The position numbers were made by a program, and so were the translations under genes. The notes under the pieces were generated by a model. That model saw nothing but the letters and a program-made list of their open reading frames with translations, was not told the DNA's origin and searched no databases. Of a stretch of 64,000 nucleotides of DNA, positions 48,131 through 58,512 are shown one piece after another. Origin of the DNA: an uncultured Bacillota bacterium (lineage in GTDB: Bacteria > Bacillota > Dehalobacteriia > UBA7702); assembly GCA_902796855.1 (NCBI GenBank), contig CADBQN010000006.1:892-64891 (forward strand). Reading direction: 5' to 3'. The first letter of the stretch is position 1. Each line of letters begins with the position of its first letter.

Positions 48131-48655
48131 ATGGCGGAACGCACAAAAATCTGGATCGCGGAGACAATGAAGAAACTGCTGACCAAGAAACCGCTGGATA
48201 AAATATACGTCACGGAAATCTGCCGCGCGGCGGAGATCGAGCGGCCCACTTTTTACTATCATTTTAAGGACAAATATGACCTGATGGCTTGGATGTTCGC
48301 TCAGCACGCGCTGAAAACGGACGTCCTCTCCGTCGCCTCGGCGGCGGAGGGTCTGAAACAGATGCGGAGCGACTTTTTTTTCTATAAACGCGCCTATGAG
48401 GACACTTCGCAGAACCCCATGTGGGCCTATATGCTGGAATACTTCGCGCGGCGCTATACCGAGCTGGCCATGGCAAAGCTGGGAACGGACGCTCTGGACA
48501 CCCAGATCCGGTACAGCATCCGCCTCTATTGCTACGGCACCCTGGGGATGACGAGGGAATGGCTGCTGACGGACAACATCACGCCGGCGGAAACGGCGGT
48601 GACGATGATGTTCCGCTCCATGCCGGAGTCGCTGCGGGAGATCTATTTCTCCTGA
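48131..48655 (+). CDS. TetR/AcrR-family transcriptional regulator
   Basis: HTH 'IYVTEICRAAEIERPTFYYHFKDKYDL'; start ATG 48131 with GGGAGGA RBS (track ORF 47519 is antisense run-through of nitroreductase). Confidence 0.8.
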   Translation: MAERTKIWIAETMKKLLTKKPLDKIYVTEICRAAEIERPTFYYHFKDKYDLMAWMFAQHALKTDVLSVASAAEGLKQMRSDFFFYKRAYEDTSQNPMWAYMLEYFARRYTELAMAKLGTDALDTQIRYSIRLYCYGTLGMTREWLLTDNITPAETAVTMMFRSMPESLREIYFS

Positions 48656-48743
48656 AAAACAGCGCTCCCGGCCGAAGAGGGGCCGGGAGCGATGAGGCGA
48701 GCTTTGGTTCTTCCGCCTTTTGGCGGCGCGCGGAGTTCTTTCG

Positions 48744-49076
48744 CTAAATTCTGTTCCGCTCTCCCCAGACGCAGAGCTGATCCATGACCTTCATCAGGGA
48801 TTTTCCCCGTTCGCTCAGGCGATATTCCACCTTGGGCGGGATCTGCGGATATTCCTTCCGCGCGATCAGGCCGTCGCGTTCCAGCTCTTTCAGGTTGGCG
48901 CTGAGGGTCTTGTCGGAAATGTTTTTGATGTACCGTTTCAGCTCGTTGAAGCGGACGGGCTCAAACTCCATCAGACAGTAGAGGATCACCATTTTGTGCT
49001 TGCCGGAGATCAGCGACAGCGTGTAGCTGAAGCCGGTCTCCTCAAAATTCGCTTTTTCGATGTAATTTTTGATCAT
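48744..49076 (-). CDS. HxlR-family (MarR-like wHTH) transcriptional regulator
   Basis: 'SLISGKHKMVILYCL...RFNELKRYI..ISDKTLSANLKELERDGLIAR' HxlR signature. Confidence 0.85.
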   Translation of the reverse strand: MIKNYIEKANFEETGFSYTLSLISGKHKMVILYCLMEFEPVRFNELKRYIKNISDKTLSANLKELERDGLIARKEYPQIPPKVEYRLSERGKSLMKVMDQLCVWGERNRI

Positions 49077-49195
49077 AATACGCTTTCCTCAATGACAGTA
49101 CCTTTCTTTTATATCAGTACTTGTATTTTTTCCGTTATCGGTTATCATTATAGACAGGACAGAGCGTTCTGTCAAATCCATCACGAAAAGCAGCT

Positions 49196-49768
49196 ATGGT
49201 CATGAGAGAAAAAATAAAAATCACCGAGGGGATCTTCCCGATGCCCGTGCTGATGGTCGCCACGTACAACGAAGACGGCAGCGTCAACGTGATGAACGCC
49301 GCCTGGGGAACGATGCAGCAGAGGGACACGGTGGCGCTGAATCTGACGGAATCGCACAAAACGGTAAAGAACATCAAGGCCCGGGGGGCGTTCACCGTCA
49401 GCGTCACCGACGCCGCCCACATCACGGAAGCGGATTATTTCGGGGTGGAATCGGGCAACCGCGTCCCGGACAAATTCGCCCGCAGCGGTCTCACCGCGGC
49501 CAAAGCCGAAACGGTGGACGCGCCGGTCATCAACGAATTTCCGCTCTGCCTGGAATGTGAATTCGTGGAATACCAGCACAACGAATACGGCTGCGGCGTC
49601 ATCGGCAAAGTCGTCGCCGTCACGGCGGACGAAAGCGTGATGAGCGACGGGAAAATCGACATGTCCCGGGTCAACGCCATTGCCTTCGACCCCTATACCC
49701 ACGGCTATTACAAAGTGAGCGAGCGCGTGGGCGAAGCCTTTCGGGACGGTCTGAAATTGAAGAAGTAA
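49196..49768 (+). CDS. Flavin reductase-like (FMN-binding split-barrel) protein
   Basis: 'PMPVLMVATYNEDGSVNVMNAAWGTM' FMN-binding core; divergent from HxlR (classic pairing). Confidence 0.8.
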   Translation: MVMREKIKITEGIFPMPVLMVATYNEDGSVNVMNAAWGTMQQRDTVALNLTESHKTVKNIKARGAFTVSVTDAAHITEADYFGVESGNRVPDKFARSGLTAAKAETVDAPVINEFPLCLECEFVEYQHNEYGCGVIGKVVAVTADESVMSDGKIDMSRVNAIAFDPYTHGYYKVSERVGEAFRDGLKLKK

Positions 49769-49814
49769 AGAAACACCCTGTTCCAACGCGATTTTTCACG
49801 CCGCGCGGGGCGAC

Positions 49815-49849
49815 AAAAAAGGGACGGTCCTTTCGGAACCGTCCCTTTT
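49815..49849. terminator. Bidirectional terminator between flavin reductase and hybrid kinase 2
   Basis: aaaaaagggacggtcctttcggaaccgtcccttttg. Confidence 0.6.
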
Positions 49850-49854
49850 GACGT

Positions 49855-52197
49855 TCATTTGATGAGGTTCTCCAGTGTCGCGAAGAGGGTTTCGGGCTCC
49901 ACGGGCTTGCTCAGGTGGGTGTTCAGCCCCGCCTGCATGCTGCGCTGAACGTCCTCGTCGAAGGCGTTGGCCGTCAGCGCGATGATCGGGATCGTCTTCG
50001 CGTCTTCCCGCTCCATGCCGCGAATGGTCTTCGTGGCCTCCAGCCCGTCCATCACGGGCATACGCATATCCATCAGGATCGCCGCGTAGTAGCCGGGCTC
50101 GTGTCCCGCGAAGAGATCGACGGCGATCTGACCGTTTTCCGCCAGATCGGCCTCCATTTCCCGCATGGAGAGGACCATGACCATGATCTCGGCGTTCACC
50201 GCGATATCCTCGGCGAGGAGGACGCGGCGGCCTTTCAGGTCGGCGGTCTTTCGGATCAGCGTTTCGTTCTTTTTCCGGAAGGCCTCCCGGAATTCCTCCA
50301 TCACGTTTTCGGCGAACAGGGGCTTGGGCACAAAGGTGTCCACCCCGGCCTCCCGGGCCTCGTCGGCGATGTCGTCCCAGTTAAAGGACGTGAGGATGAT
50401 GATGGGGGTATCCGGCCCGACGACGGCGCGGATTCGACGTGTAGTCTCCAGGCCGTCCATTTCCGGCATTTTCCAGTCGATCAGGATGAGATTGTAATCC
50501 TCCCGGCGGCCGTGCCGGATCCGGACTTTGTCGATGCCTTCCCAACCGGATTCCGCCGTCTCGCAGCTGACGCCGACCTGTTTGAGCACGATCTCCGCGT
50601 GCTCCAGGGCGATGCGGTCGTCGTCGATGACCAGCACGCTCATGTTGCGGGGCGCCGGGTTCCCGTCTTCCGCCGGGGAGCCTCGGCGGTCGCTCTCGCC
50701 GAGGGTCACCGTGACCGTGAAGACCGTGCCCTTCCCCTTTTCGCTTTCCACCTCGATGGTGCCGTTCATCAGCTCCACGATGCTCTTGGTGATGGGCATG
50801 CCCAGACCGGTGCTGCCGTATTTGCTGGTGGAGGTGGAATCCTCCTGGCTGAAAGCGTCAAAGATGTGAGGGAGGTACGCTTCGCTCATGCCGATGCCGG
50901 TGTCGCGGATGACGAATTTCAGCACCGCCTGACCGTCGAACCGCGCGCCTTCCTCAATCAGGAAACTGACTTTGCCGCCCTCGGGGGTAAATTTCACGGC
51001 GTTGCCCAGAAGATTGATCAGGATCTGTTTCAGTTTCATGGCGTCGCCGACGTAATACGTGTCGATCTGCCCCACGGCGCGGCAGTCGTAGGCGAGGCCC
51101 TTTTCGCCGCATTGGCCGCTGATCATGGTGTTGACCTGTTCCAGCGCCTTGGCGAAAGAAAATTCCTCGCGCTTCACCGTCATGCGGCCCGACTCGATGC
51201 GGCTCATATCGAGAATGTCATTGATGATCCCAAGCAGGTGCTGGGCGGAATCGCCGATCTTCTCAAGGTATTCCTTCACTTCGCCGCTGGCGGTGGGATC
51301 GTTCGCCGCGATGTTGTTCAGGCCGATGATGGCGTTCATCGGCGTGCGGATCTCGTGGCTCATGTTGGACAGGAACGCCGTTTTCGCCTTATTGGCGTTT
51401 TCCGCCGCCGAAAGGGCGTCGCGCAGCGCCTCGCGGCTTTCGGAAAGCTCCTCCTTCTGCGCCTGTTCGCGCCGGAGGGATTTTTCCAGTTCCGCGCGGT
51501 ATTCTTCCTTTTCGTCCTCAACGACAAAGCTGTGCAGCAGGCAGGTGCCGACCATGTAGCCCATCGCGTAAAAGGGCCACAGCGGGTAAAAGATCTGCAG
51601 CATGACGAGAGTGATCATCGCCACGCCGAAGAGGCCGATGGTCAGGTTCCGGCGGCGGAATTTTCCCTCGGTCCTCAGCGTCAGGCGCAGGGTGTAGACC
51701 GACGTCAGCAGAAACATCAGGATCTGCACGCCGAGGGAGACGTAGCGCAGCCACGCCGCGTGGTAGCCGCCGCCGGCGTCGAACCAGAACATGACGGGGA
51801 AGAAGATATTGATGACGGCGACGATGATCTGAAAAGCGAAGAACGTCCAGCCGATATGGCGGAGCAGGCGGCCAAAGAAGGTATCGCTCTCCAAATAGGC
51901 GACCACATACTTCGTCCAGAACAGTACGGCCGCGGCCATCGCCGTAAAGTACAGCGTCGTGTCGGCGAACTGAAGCGCCGTGAGGTGATGGGCGTCTAAA
52001 ATCCCCCACAGCGCGTCGGTGATATAATAGCTCAGGACGCACAGCAGAAAGCCGCGGTAGATCCGCTGGGTGCGCGTGATTTCGGCGCCGTCCCGCGTCC
52101 ACAGGATGTCCCTGTTCGTGATCATCAGAATGATGAACGCCAATATGCCGATGATTGAATAGGTCATGCCGTCACTCTCCCAATTCCCTATCGTCAT
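49855..52197 (-). CDS. Hybrid sensor histidine kinase/response regulator paralog (7-8 TM membrane-embedded sensor, HisKA, HATPase_c, two REC)
   Basis: C-terminal ~650 aa ~75% identical to 42289..45366 kinase (e.g. '[22 protein letters not shown]', '[20 protein letters not shown]'); distinct N-terminal polytopic sensor; start 52197 or 52167. Confidence 0.85.
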   Translation of the reverse strand: MTIGNWESDGMTYSIIGILAFIILMITNRDILWTRDGAEITRTQRIYRGFLLCVLSYYITDALWGILDAHHLTALQFADTTLYFTAMAAAVLFWTKYVVAYLESDTFFGRLLRHIGWTFFAFQIIVAVINIFFPVMFWFDAGGGYHAAWLRYVSLGVQILMFLLTSVYTLRLTLRTEGKFRRRNLTIGLFGVAMITLVMLQIFYPLWPFYAMGYMVGTCLLHSFVVEDEKEEYRAELEKSLRREQAQKEELSESREALRDALSAAENANKAKTAFLSNMSHEIRTPMNAIIGLNNIAANDPTASGEVKEYLEKIGDSAQHLLGIINDILDMSRIESGRMTVKREEFSFAKALEQVNTMISGQCGEKGLAYDCRAVGQIDTYYVGDAMKLKQILINLLGNAVKFTPEGGKVSFLIEEGARFDGQAVLKFVIRDTGIGMSEAYLPHIFDAFSQEDSTSTSKYGSTGLGMPITKSIVELMNGTIEVESEKGKGTVFTVTVTLGESDRRGSPAEDGNPAPRNMSVLVIDDDRIALEHAEIVLKQVGVSCETAESGWEGIDKVRIRHGRREDYNLILIDWKMPEMDGLETTRRIRAVVGPDTPIIILTSFNWDDIADEAREAGVDTFVPKPLFAENVMEEFREAFRKKNETLIRKTADLKGRRVLLAEDIAVNAEIMVMVLSMREMEADLAENGQIAVDLFAGHEPGYYAAILMDMRMPVMDGLEATKTIRGMEREDAKTIPIIALTANAFDEDVQRSMQAGLNTHLSKPVEPETLFATLENLIK

Positions 52198-52259
52198 CCG
52201 TCGCGGCCCCGAGGATGTCCCCGCTGACAGGGGGCCGGGCCGCGTTCTTTATCTGTTTT

Positions 52260-53081
52260 TTATGCCTTTTCCCAGCGCAAAAAGCGGTCTTTGCCGTTGA
52301 GGTCGCGCTCGGTCACGGCGCCGGCAAGGCCGTATTTCGCCGCCAGGGAAAGCGCCGTTTCGCCCTGGTTCTCACCGATCTCCATCAGGAACAGTCCCTT
52401 TTCGCCGAGGCGGTCGGCGACTTCCTTCATGATCCGCTCAATGGCGAAAAGGCCGGTGGGGCCGCCGTCCAGAGCGATAAAGGGCTCGTGGGTCACTTCC
52501 AGCGGGATCTCCCGCATCTCCTTTTGGGTGAGATAGGGCGGGTTCGCCGTGATGAGATCAAACCGCTCCCCTTTCGGGAGATGGAAAAAGAGGTCGCTGT
52601 AACGGAACGTCACATCGGTGCCGTTGAGCTCGTTGTTTTTTTTCGCCGTCGCCAGCGCCGCCTCAGAGATATCAGTGGCGAGAAAATCGCCGTCCAGCTC
52701 CTTGGCGAGGGAGATGGCGATACAGCCGGAGCCGGTGCAGAGATCAAGGGCTTTGAGACGGCGTCCCCTGCCCCATCGGATCGCCTTTTCCGCTAAGAGC
52801 TCCGTTTCGGGCCGGGGCACCAGCACCGATTCGTTCACGAGGAAGAGATGTCCGTAAAACTCCTGGGAGCCGACGACGTACTGAAAGGGCTCATGGCGTT
52901 TGAGGCGCTCCGCCGCCCGGCGGTAGACCGACACCCGGGGAACGGCCTCGTCCGCGCCGATGGAGAGGAATTCCCGGCCGGAAAAGGCCTCGATGAGCCA
53001 GCGCACCTCGTGATCGAGGTTCTCCCGGCCGTTCAGCGTCTCTTTCAGCCACAGGATCAGTTCGCGGTAGGTGAGGTTCAT
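52260..53081 (-). CDS. prmC: Release-factor glutamine N5-methyltransferase
   Basis: '[14 protein letters not shown]' SAM motif, 'ITANPPYL' NPPY; 4-nt overlap with prfA. Confidence 0.9.
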   Translation of the reverse strand: MNLTYRELILWLKETLNGRENLDHEVRWLIEAFSGREFLSIGADEAVPRVSVYRRAAERLKRHEPFQYVVGSQEFYGHLFLVNESVLVPRPETELLAEKAIRWGRGRRLKALDLCTGSGCIAISLAKELDGDFLATDISEAALATAKKNNELNGTDVTFRYSDLFFHLPKGERFDLITANPPYLTQKEMREIPLEVTHEPFIALDGGPTGLFAIERIMKEVADRLGEKGLFLMEIGENQGETALSLAAKYGLAGAVTERDLNGKDRFLRWEKA

Positions 53082-54151
53082 GCCCCGCCCCCCTCTTTCA
53101 GCAGTTTCACCTGTTCGTCGCGGATCAGGGCGTCGATGATCTCGTCGAGGTCGCCCTCTAAGATGCTGTCGAGACGGTGCAGGGTGAGGCCGATGCGGTG
53201 ATCGGTGACGCGGCCCTGGGGGAAATTAAAGGTGCGGATGCGCTCGCTGCGCTCGCCGCTGCCCACCATGTTTTTGCGCATGGAGGAGATATCCCCCTGC
53301 TGCTCCCGCTGCATCGCCTCGTAAATGCGGGCGCGCAGGATCTTCATGGCCTTTTCCTTGTTGCGGAGCTGGCTCTTTTCGTCCTGGCAGGAGACGACGA
53401 TGCCCGTGGGCAGATGGGTGAGGCGGACGGCGCTTTGGGTGGTGTTGACGCACTGGCCGCCGGGGCCGCTGGCGCAGAAGACGTCGGTCTTCACGTCGTT
53501 GGGGCCGATCTCCACTTCCACTTCCTCGGCTTCGGGCATCACCGCCACCGTCGCCGCCGAGGTGTGCACCCGTCCCTGGGTCTCGGTGTCGGGCACCCGC
53601 TGGACGCGGTGGACGCCGCTTTCGTATTTCAGCCGTGCGTAGGCGTTCTTTCCGGAGACGAGGCAGATCAGCTCCTTGATGCCGCCGATGTCGGTGATGT
53701 TGCTGTTCATGACCTCCACTTTCCAGCCCTGCTTTTCGGCGTAGCGGCTGTACATCTTAAAGAGGTCGTTGGCAAAGAGCGCCGCCTCCTCGCCGCCGAT
53801 GGCGGCGCGGAATTCCATGATGGCGTTCTTGGCGTCGTTGGGGTCCTTTGGCAGGAGCAGGAATTTCAGTGTTTCTTCCAGCTCCGCCAGTTCCTCTTTG
53901 AGGCCGGCGGCCTCTTCCTCGGCGAGGGCGCGCATTTCCGGGTCGTCCTCGCTCTCCAGGAGTTCCATATCGCCGTCGTACTCCTCTTTGAGCTTTTGAT
54001 AGCGGCGGTACCCCGCCACGACGTCCTCCAGTTCGGAGTGGGCCATCACGTCCTTTTTCCATTCGGCCTGACGGCTGATGACGTCGGGATCGCTGATCCT
54101 GAGGGAGAGCTCCTCATATTTCTTTTCCAGCTGAGCTAATTTCTCAAACAT
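53078..54151 (-). CDS. prfA: Peptide chain release factor 1
   Basis: '[26 protein letters not shown]' GGQ motif; RF1-type '[17 protein letters not shown]' codon-recognition region. Confidence 0.9.
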   Translation of the reverse strand: MFEKLAQLEKKYEELSLRISDPDVISRQAEWKKDVMAHSELEDVVAGYRRYQKLKEEYDGDMELLESEDDPEMRALAEEEAAGLKEELAELEETLKFLLLPKDPNDAKNAIMEFRAAIGGEEAALFANDLFKMYSRYAEKQGWKVEVMNSNITDIGGIKELICLVSGKNAYARLKYESGVHRVQRVPDTETQGRVHTSAATVAVMPEAEEVEVEIGPNDVKTDVFCASGPGGQCVNTTQSAVRLTHLPTGIVVSCQDEKSQLRNKEKAMKILRARIYEAMQREQQGDISSMRKNMVGSGERSERIRTFNFPQGRVTDHRIGLTLHRLDSILEGDLDEIIDALIRDEQVKLLKEGGGA

Positions 54152-55115
54152 TCGTCGTTGATTCCTCCATCCGCGGGGCGGTTTCGGCTTCGTCGGAAAA
54201 AGCCGCTTCCTCCCGGTAATCGATGATGACTTCCTCTTCGGGGTGGGTCTCGGCGTAGTCGGGAATCACCGCCTTTAAAGAGCGGATCGCCACGGCCAGC
54301 TGATCGAGATCGGGTTCTTCCGTCGTCAGCCGCTGGAGCCAGAGCCCCGGCGTGATCAGGGCGCGGACGATGGGATTGCCGCAGTGCCCGGCGCTGAAAC
54401 GGGTGAACTCATAGGTCAGCCCGGCCACAAAGGGCATGCAGACCAGTTTGATCAGCACCCGGGCCCAGGTCGTTTCCGTCTGGCCGACAAAGGTAAAGAC
54501 GAGGATCATCATGATCATCACCATCAGCACAAAGCTGGTGCCGCAGCGCAGGTGGCGGGTGGAATAGGCCGACACCGCCTCCGGCGTCAGCGCCGCGCCG
54601 GCCTCATAGGCGTTGATGGTCTTGTGCTCCGCGCCGTGATAGCGAAAGACCCGCAGGATATCGTCCATGCGGCGGATTAAAAGCAGATAGATCAGAAAGA
54701 CGGCGATGCGGAGCACCCCCTCCAAAAGGCTGCGGCCGAAATCGCCGATGTAGGGACGCAGCGCCGTCCCGGCCCAGGTGGGCAGCACGAGGAACAGCGC
54801 CAGCACCGCCACGACGGCGATACCGACGGAGAGCGCCATTTCCTTGGCGCTGAGTTCCTCTTCCTCTTCGGCGGACTGATTGGCCGACCAGGTGATGGTG
54901 GACATCCCCAGGACCAGCATCTCGATGAGATTGACAAAGCCCCGGATCACCGGCCATTTCAAAAAGCCCCATTTTTCCTTGATACTGTGATGCCGCTCTT
55001 TCCGCGTGGCGATGGAACCGTCGGGCCGGCGCACGGAAATGGCGTAGCCCTCGGGGCCCATCATCATCACGCCCTCGATGACGGCCTGACCCCCGTAGTA
55101 GAATGGTTTTTTCAT
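54144..55115 (-). CDS. DUF1385-family membrane protein (YqhQ-like), conserved rpmE-prfA neighbourhood
   Basis: '[15 protein letters not shown]' N-terminus typical of DUF1385; 323 aa polytopic. Confidence 0.7.
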   Translation of the reverse strand: MKKPFYYGGQAVIEGVMMMGPEGYAISVRRPDGSIATRKERHHSIKEKWGFLKWPVIRGFVNLIEMLVLGMSTITWSANQSAEEEEELSAKEMALSVGIAVVAVLALFLVLPTWAGTALRPYIGDFGRSLLEGVLRIAVFLIYLLLIRRMDDILRVFRYHGAEHKTINAYEAGAALTPEAVSAYSTRHLRCGTSFVLMVMIMMILVFTFVGQTETTWARVLIKLVCMPFVAGLTYEFTRFSAGHCGNPIVRALITPGLWLQRLTTEEPDLDQLAVAIRSLKAVIPDYAETHPEEEVIIDYREEAAFSDEAETAPRMEESTTNV

Positions 55116-55194
55116 AAAAACTCCTTCTCAGACAGCGGATGGATGGTTCGAAAATAGTAAAAAACAGAGCCGAAGCTCTGTCCTTTTACATGTG

Positions 55195-55398
55195 TTATTG
55201 TAAGCCGTATTTTTTCTTGAACTTATCAACACGGCCGCCTTCTTCAACCAGGAAACGTCTGCTGCCGGTATAGAAGGGGTGGCACTGAGAACAAACTTCG
55301 ACCTTGATGTCTTTTTTCGTGGATTTCGTGGTGAATTTATTCCCACAAGCACAAGTAATTTCGACTTCCTCGTATTTCGGATGGATGCCTTTTTTCAT
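55195..55398 (-). CDS. rpmE: 50S ribosomal protein L31 (Zn-ribbon type A)
   Basis: '[22 protein letters not shown]...[10 protein letters not shown]'. Confidence 0.92.
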   Translation of the reverse strand: MKKGIHPKYEEVEITCACGNKFTTKSTKKDIKVEVCSQCHPFYTGSRRFLVEEGGRVDKFKKKYGLQ

Positions 55399-55494
55399 AC
55401 CCTGTCACCTCACTTCCGGTATGATCCCAAAATTTTCGTGCATAGAAAATTATATCATAACCACCGGCTCATTGCAACTGTTTTTCGTGGATTT

Positions 55495-56745
55495 TTATGA
55501 TTTCTCACCCAAAAAATTGTCTTCCTTTTTTTGGGGGCGGCTGTAATTCCCCACGGCGACGCCGCTTTGGCGCAGCGCGGCGATGAGGGCGTCGGTGCCG
55601 AGGCTCTTTTGCGGCGAAAAGCCGCACTGTTCGTAAAAATAATCGCCGTCGATGTTCAGGTTGCGCAGCTGCACCTTATGAAGGCCCGTTCGCTCGATGA
55701 GGGCGAGGAGCGCTTCGATCTCCTCTTCCCTGTCGGTAAAGCCGGGAAAGGCCAGCAGATTCAGGGAGACGTAAACGCCGCGGGAGACGGCGTAGGCGAT
55801 GGAATTTTCCACGTCCTTCAGCGTGTAGCCCACGGGGCGGTAATAAGCGTCGTTGTGCTCGGCAATGGCCGAAAAGAGGCTGACCCGGAGGGTGTCGATA
55901 CCGGCGTCGACGACGGCGCGGATCCGCTCGGTGTGACCGGCGTTGGTGTTCATGTTGATCGTCCCCCGGTCGGTGTTGCGGCGGATCACCCGGATGGCCT
56001 TGGAGATACGTTCCGCCTCCAAAGAGGGTTCCCCCTCGCAGCCCTGACCGAAGCTGATGATGTTGTCCTCCCGCTTGCCGCCGAGGTGGAAGACGCCGAC
56101 TTCGGCGATTTCCCGCACCGTTGGGCGGAAGGTGATGCGCCCCTGGGCCGAGGGGCAGCACTCCGATTCCTGTTTGGAGATGCAGCCGACGCACCGGGCG
56201 TTGCAGGCCGGGGAGACGGGGAGTCCCCCTTCCCAGCGGCGGTAGAAGACGTTCTGCGCCGTAAAGCAGCCGTATTCCAGGGAACACCGCGCCAGCTGGG
56301 CGATGATCCGGTTGTCCTTCAGCTTCTTTCTCACCTTGTCCACACGGCGGGGCAGATCCCCGGTGTTGTAGTGGGCGGGGTGCCAGACGCGGTGCTCGTC
56401 GGTCTGACGGGCGGCGACGTAAACGCGGCCGTTCTTCATCGCCGCGGCGGTGTAGCCCAAAAGGGGCAGCACCTCGGGGCCGCCGACGGTCTCCGTGGCC
56501 GGGAGCAGCGTTCTGGTAAAGCCCTGGGGCAGGAGCACCGCCACGGCGGTGCCGCGGCCGCGGCAAAGGCGGCCTTCGCCGTCGAAGACCACGGGAGCGC
56601 GTCCCACCATCGCCGCGAAGGTCGCCCCTTCGGGCATGGGGATGTAGTCCGCCGCTTTCAGCACCTCGCCGCCGCGGCGGGCGGCGGCAAAGCGCTTATC
56701 ATCGACGAGAAGATCGCCGTTGTCGTTGGTATAGAGGGGCCTCAT
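55495..56745 (-). CDS. Radical SAM protein, uncharacterised family, with ~150 aa N-terminal extension
   Basis: 'CNARCVGC' CxxxCxxC; 'ISFGQGCEGEPSL' glycine-rich SAM motif; 416 aa. Confidence 0.6.
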   Translation of the reverse strand: MRPLYTNDNGDLLVDDKRFAAARRGGEVLKAADYIPMPEGATFAAMVGRAPVVFDGEGRLCRGRGTAVAVLLPQGFTRTLLPATETVGGPEVLPLLGYTAAAMKNGRVYVAARQTDEHRVWHPAHYNTGDLPRRVDKVRKKLKDNRIIAQLARCSLEYGCFTAQNVFYRRWEGGLPVSPACNARCVGCISKQESECCPSAQGRITFRPTVREIAEVGVFHLGGKREDNIISFGQGCEGEPSLEAERISKAIRVIRRNTDRGTINMNTNAGHTERIRAVVDAGIDTLRVSLFSAIAEHNDAYYRPVGYTLKDVENSIAYAVSRGVYVSLNLLAFPGFTDREEEIEALLALIERTGLHKVQLRNLNIDGDYFYEQCGFSPQKSLGTDALIAALRQSGVAVGNYSRPQKKEDNFLGEKS

Positions 56746-56751
56746 CGGCGC

Positions 56752-57741
56752 TCACGGTTTGTCGATGTCGATCTTGTCGATCATCGGTTTCTTCGCGTAA
56801 TCGTGGATCGTTTCGATGTACCGCACCGTCCCGGTCTTGGAGCGGAGGATCACCGAATGGGTGACGGCCTTGGTGCCTTCGTAGACGACGCCGCGGAGGA
56901 GCGGCCCGGAGGTGATGCCGGTGGCGGCGAAAAAGACGTCGTCGCCGCGGGCGAGGTCTTCCATGGTCAGGACTTTATCGTCGTCGGCGATGCCCATTTT
57001 GGCCATGCGTTCCCGGTCCTCGTCGTCTTCGGGCCAGAGTTTGCCTTGCATGTCGCCGCCAAGGCATTTCAGCGCCGCGGCGGCGATGACGCCTTCGGGA
57101 GCGCCGCCGACGCCGATGACCATGTCGATGCCGGTGTGGGGCAGGCCGCAGGCCACGGCGGGAGCGACGTCGCCGTCGGTGATGAGCTGCACCCGGGCGC
57201 CGATGGAGCGGAGCTCGTCGATGATGCCCTGATGGCGTTCGCGGTCGAGGACAACGACGTTGACGTCGCCGATGTCCTTGCCGGCGGCTTTGGCGTAGGC
57301 GGTGACGTTTTCGGTGACGGAAGCGTCAATGTGGATGAGGCCTTTGCCGGCGGGGCCGCAGCAGACCTTATCCATATACATATCCGGCGCTTTCAGCAGG
57401 TTGCCGCCTTCGGCGGCGGCGAACACGGCGATGGCGCTGGGGGCGTTTTTGGCGCAGAGGTTCGTCCCTTCCAGGGGGTCCACGGCGATATCGACGGCGG
57501 GATCCTTTTCGGTGCCGCAGCCGACCTTTTCGCCGATGTAGAGCATCGGCGCCTCATCCATTTCCCCTTCGCCGATGACGACGGTGCCGCGGATGGGGAC
57601 GGTATCGAAGGCCATGCGCATGCCGCGGACGGCGGCGCCGTCGGCGTCGTTCTTTCTGCCTTTGCCGATCCAGCGGCCGCTGCCGAGGGCGGCGGCTTCG
57701 GTGACGCGCACCAGGTCTAAAGTCAGTTCTTTGCTTAACAT
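56752..57741 (-). CDS. glpX: Class II fructose-1,6-bisphosphatase
   Basis: 'TLDLVRVTEAAALGSGRWIGKG' N-terminus; 'DPLEGTN', 'GVGGAPEGV' GlpX blocks. Confidence 0.88.
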   Translation of the reverse strand: MLSKELTLDLVRVTEAAALGSGRWIGKGRKNDADGAAVRGMRMAFDTVPIRGTVVIGEGEMDEAPMLYIGEKVGCGTEKDPAVDIAVDPLEGTNLCAKNAPSAIAVFAAAEGGNLLKAPDMYMDKVCCGPAGKGLIHIDASVTENVTAYAKAAGKDIGDVNVVVLDRERHQGIIDELRSIGARVQLITDGDVAPAVACGLPHTGIDMVIGVGGAPEGVIAAAALKCLGGDMQGKLWPEDDEDRERMAKMGIADDDKVLTMEDLARGDDVFFAATGITSGPLLRGVVYEGTKAVTHSVILRSKTGTVRYIETIHDYAKKPMIDKIDIDKP

Positions 57742-57773
57742 TTCAAATCTCCTTTATCTGCACGAGGTTTTGC

Positions 57774-58424
57774 TCACAGTGACAGGCCGCTGTTTTCCCA
57801 ATCCGTCCGGAAGCGGCGCAGACCGTCGTCGGTCAGGGGGTGGGCGACCATCTTTTTCATTACGGCGTAAGGGATCGTGGCGATGTCCGCGCCGCCCAAA
57901 GCGGCTTCGGTAACGTCCCGGGGCGAGCGGACGCTGGCGGCGATGATCTTCGTTTTCAGGCCGTAGCGGTCAAAGATCGCCCGGATCTCCTGAATCAGCA
58001 GGGCGCCTTCGGCGCCGTTGTCGTTGAGGCGGCCGATGAAGGGGCTGACGTAGGCCGCTCCGGCCCGGGCCGCCAGCAACGCCTGATTGGCGGAAAAGAC
58101 CAGCGTCAGGTTGGCGGGGATCCCTTTCTCTTTCAGTCTGCCGCAGGCTTTGAGCCCTTCGGCGGTGAGGGGCAGCTTGATGACGACGTTTTCGCCGTAT
58201 TCCCTCAGCTTCAGCCCCTGGGCGACCATGGTCTCGGCGTCTTCGGCGGTGACTTCCAGGCTGAGGGGCCCGGGGATGAGGGATTCGATCCCCTTCATAA
58301 AGTCGGCCACGGAAACGCCGGCCTTCGCCAAAAGCGACGGGTTCGTCGTGACGCCGGAGAGGATGCCCCAGGACGCAATCTCCCGGATCTCCTCCATCAC
58401 GGCGGTGTCTAAATACAGTTCCAT
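57774..58424 (-). CDS. tal: Transaldolase/fructose-6-phosphate aldolase (short Tal/FSA family)
   Basis: 216 aa; 'LDTA...GVTTNPSL' and Schiff-base Lys region 'VVIKLPLT'. Confidence 0.8.
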   Translation of the reverse strand: MELYLDTAVMEEIREIASWGILSGVTTNPSLLAKAGVSVADFMKGIESLIPGPLSLEVTAEDAETMVAQGLKLREYGENVVIKLPLTAEGLKACGRLKEKGIPANLTLVFSANQALLAARAGAAYVSPFIGRLNDNGAEGALLIQEIRAIFDRYGLKTKIIAASVRSPRDVTEAALGGADIATIPYAVMKKMVAHPLTDDGLRRFRTDWENSGLSL

Positions 58425-58512
58425 TTTCTCACACCTTATTTCTTTTTTTCTGTTTTATACAGGCACGGAAAGCGAATGACGTTATTTTACGAAGTCGGTT
58501 CCCGGGTGACGC

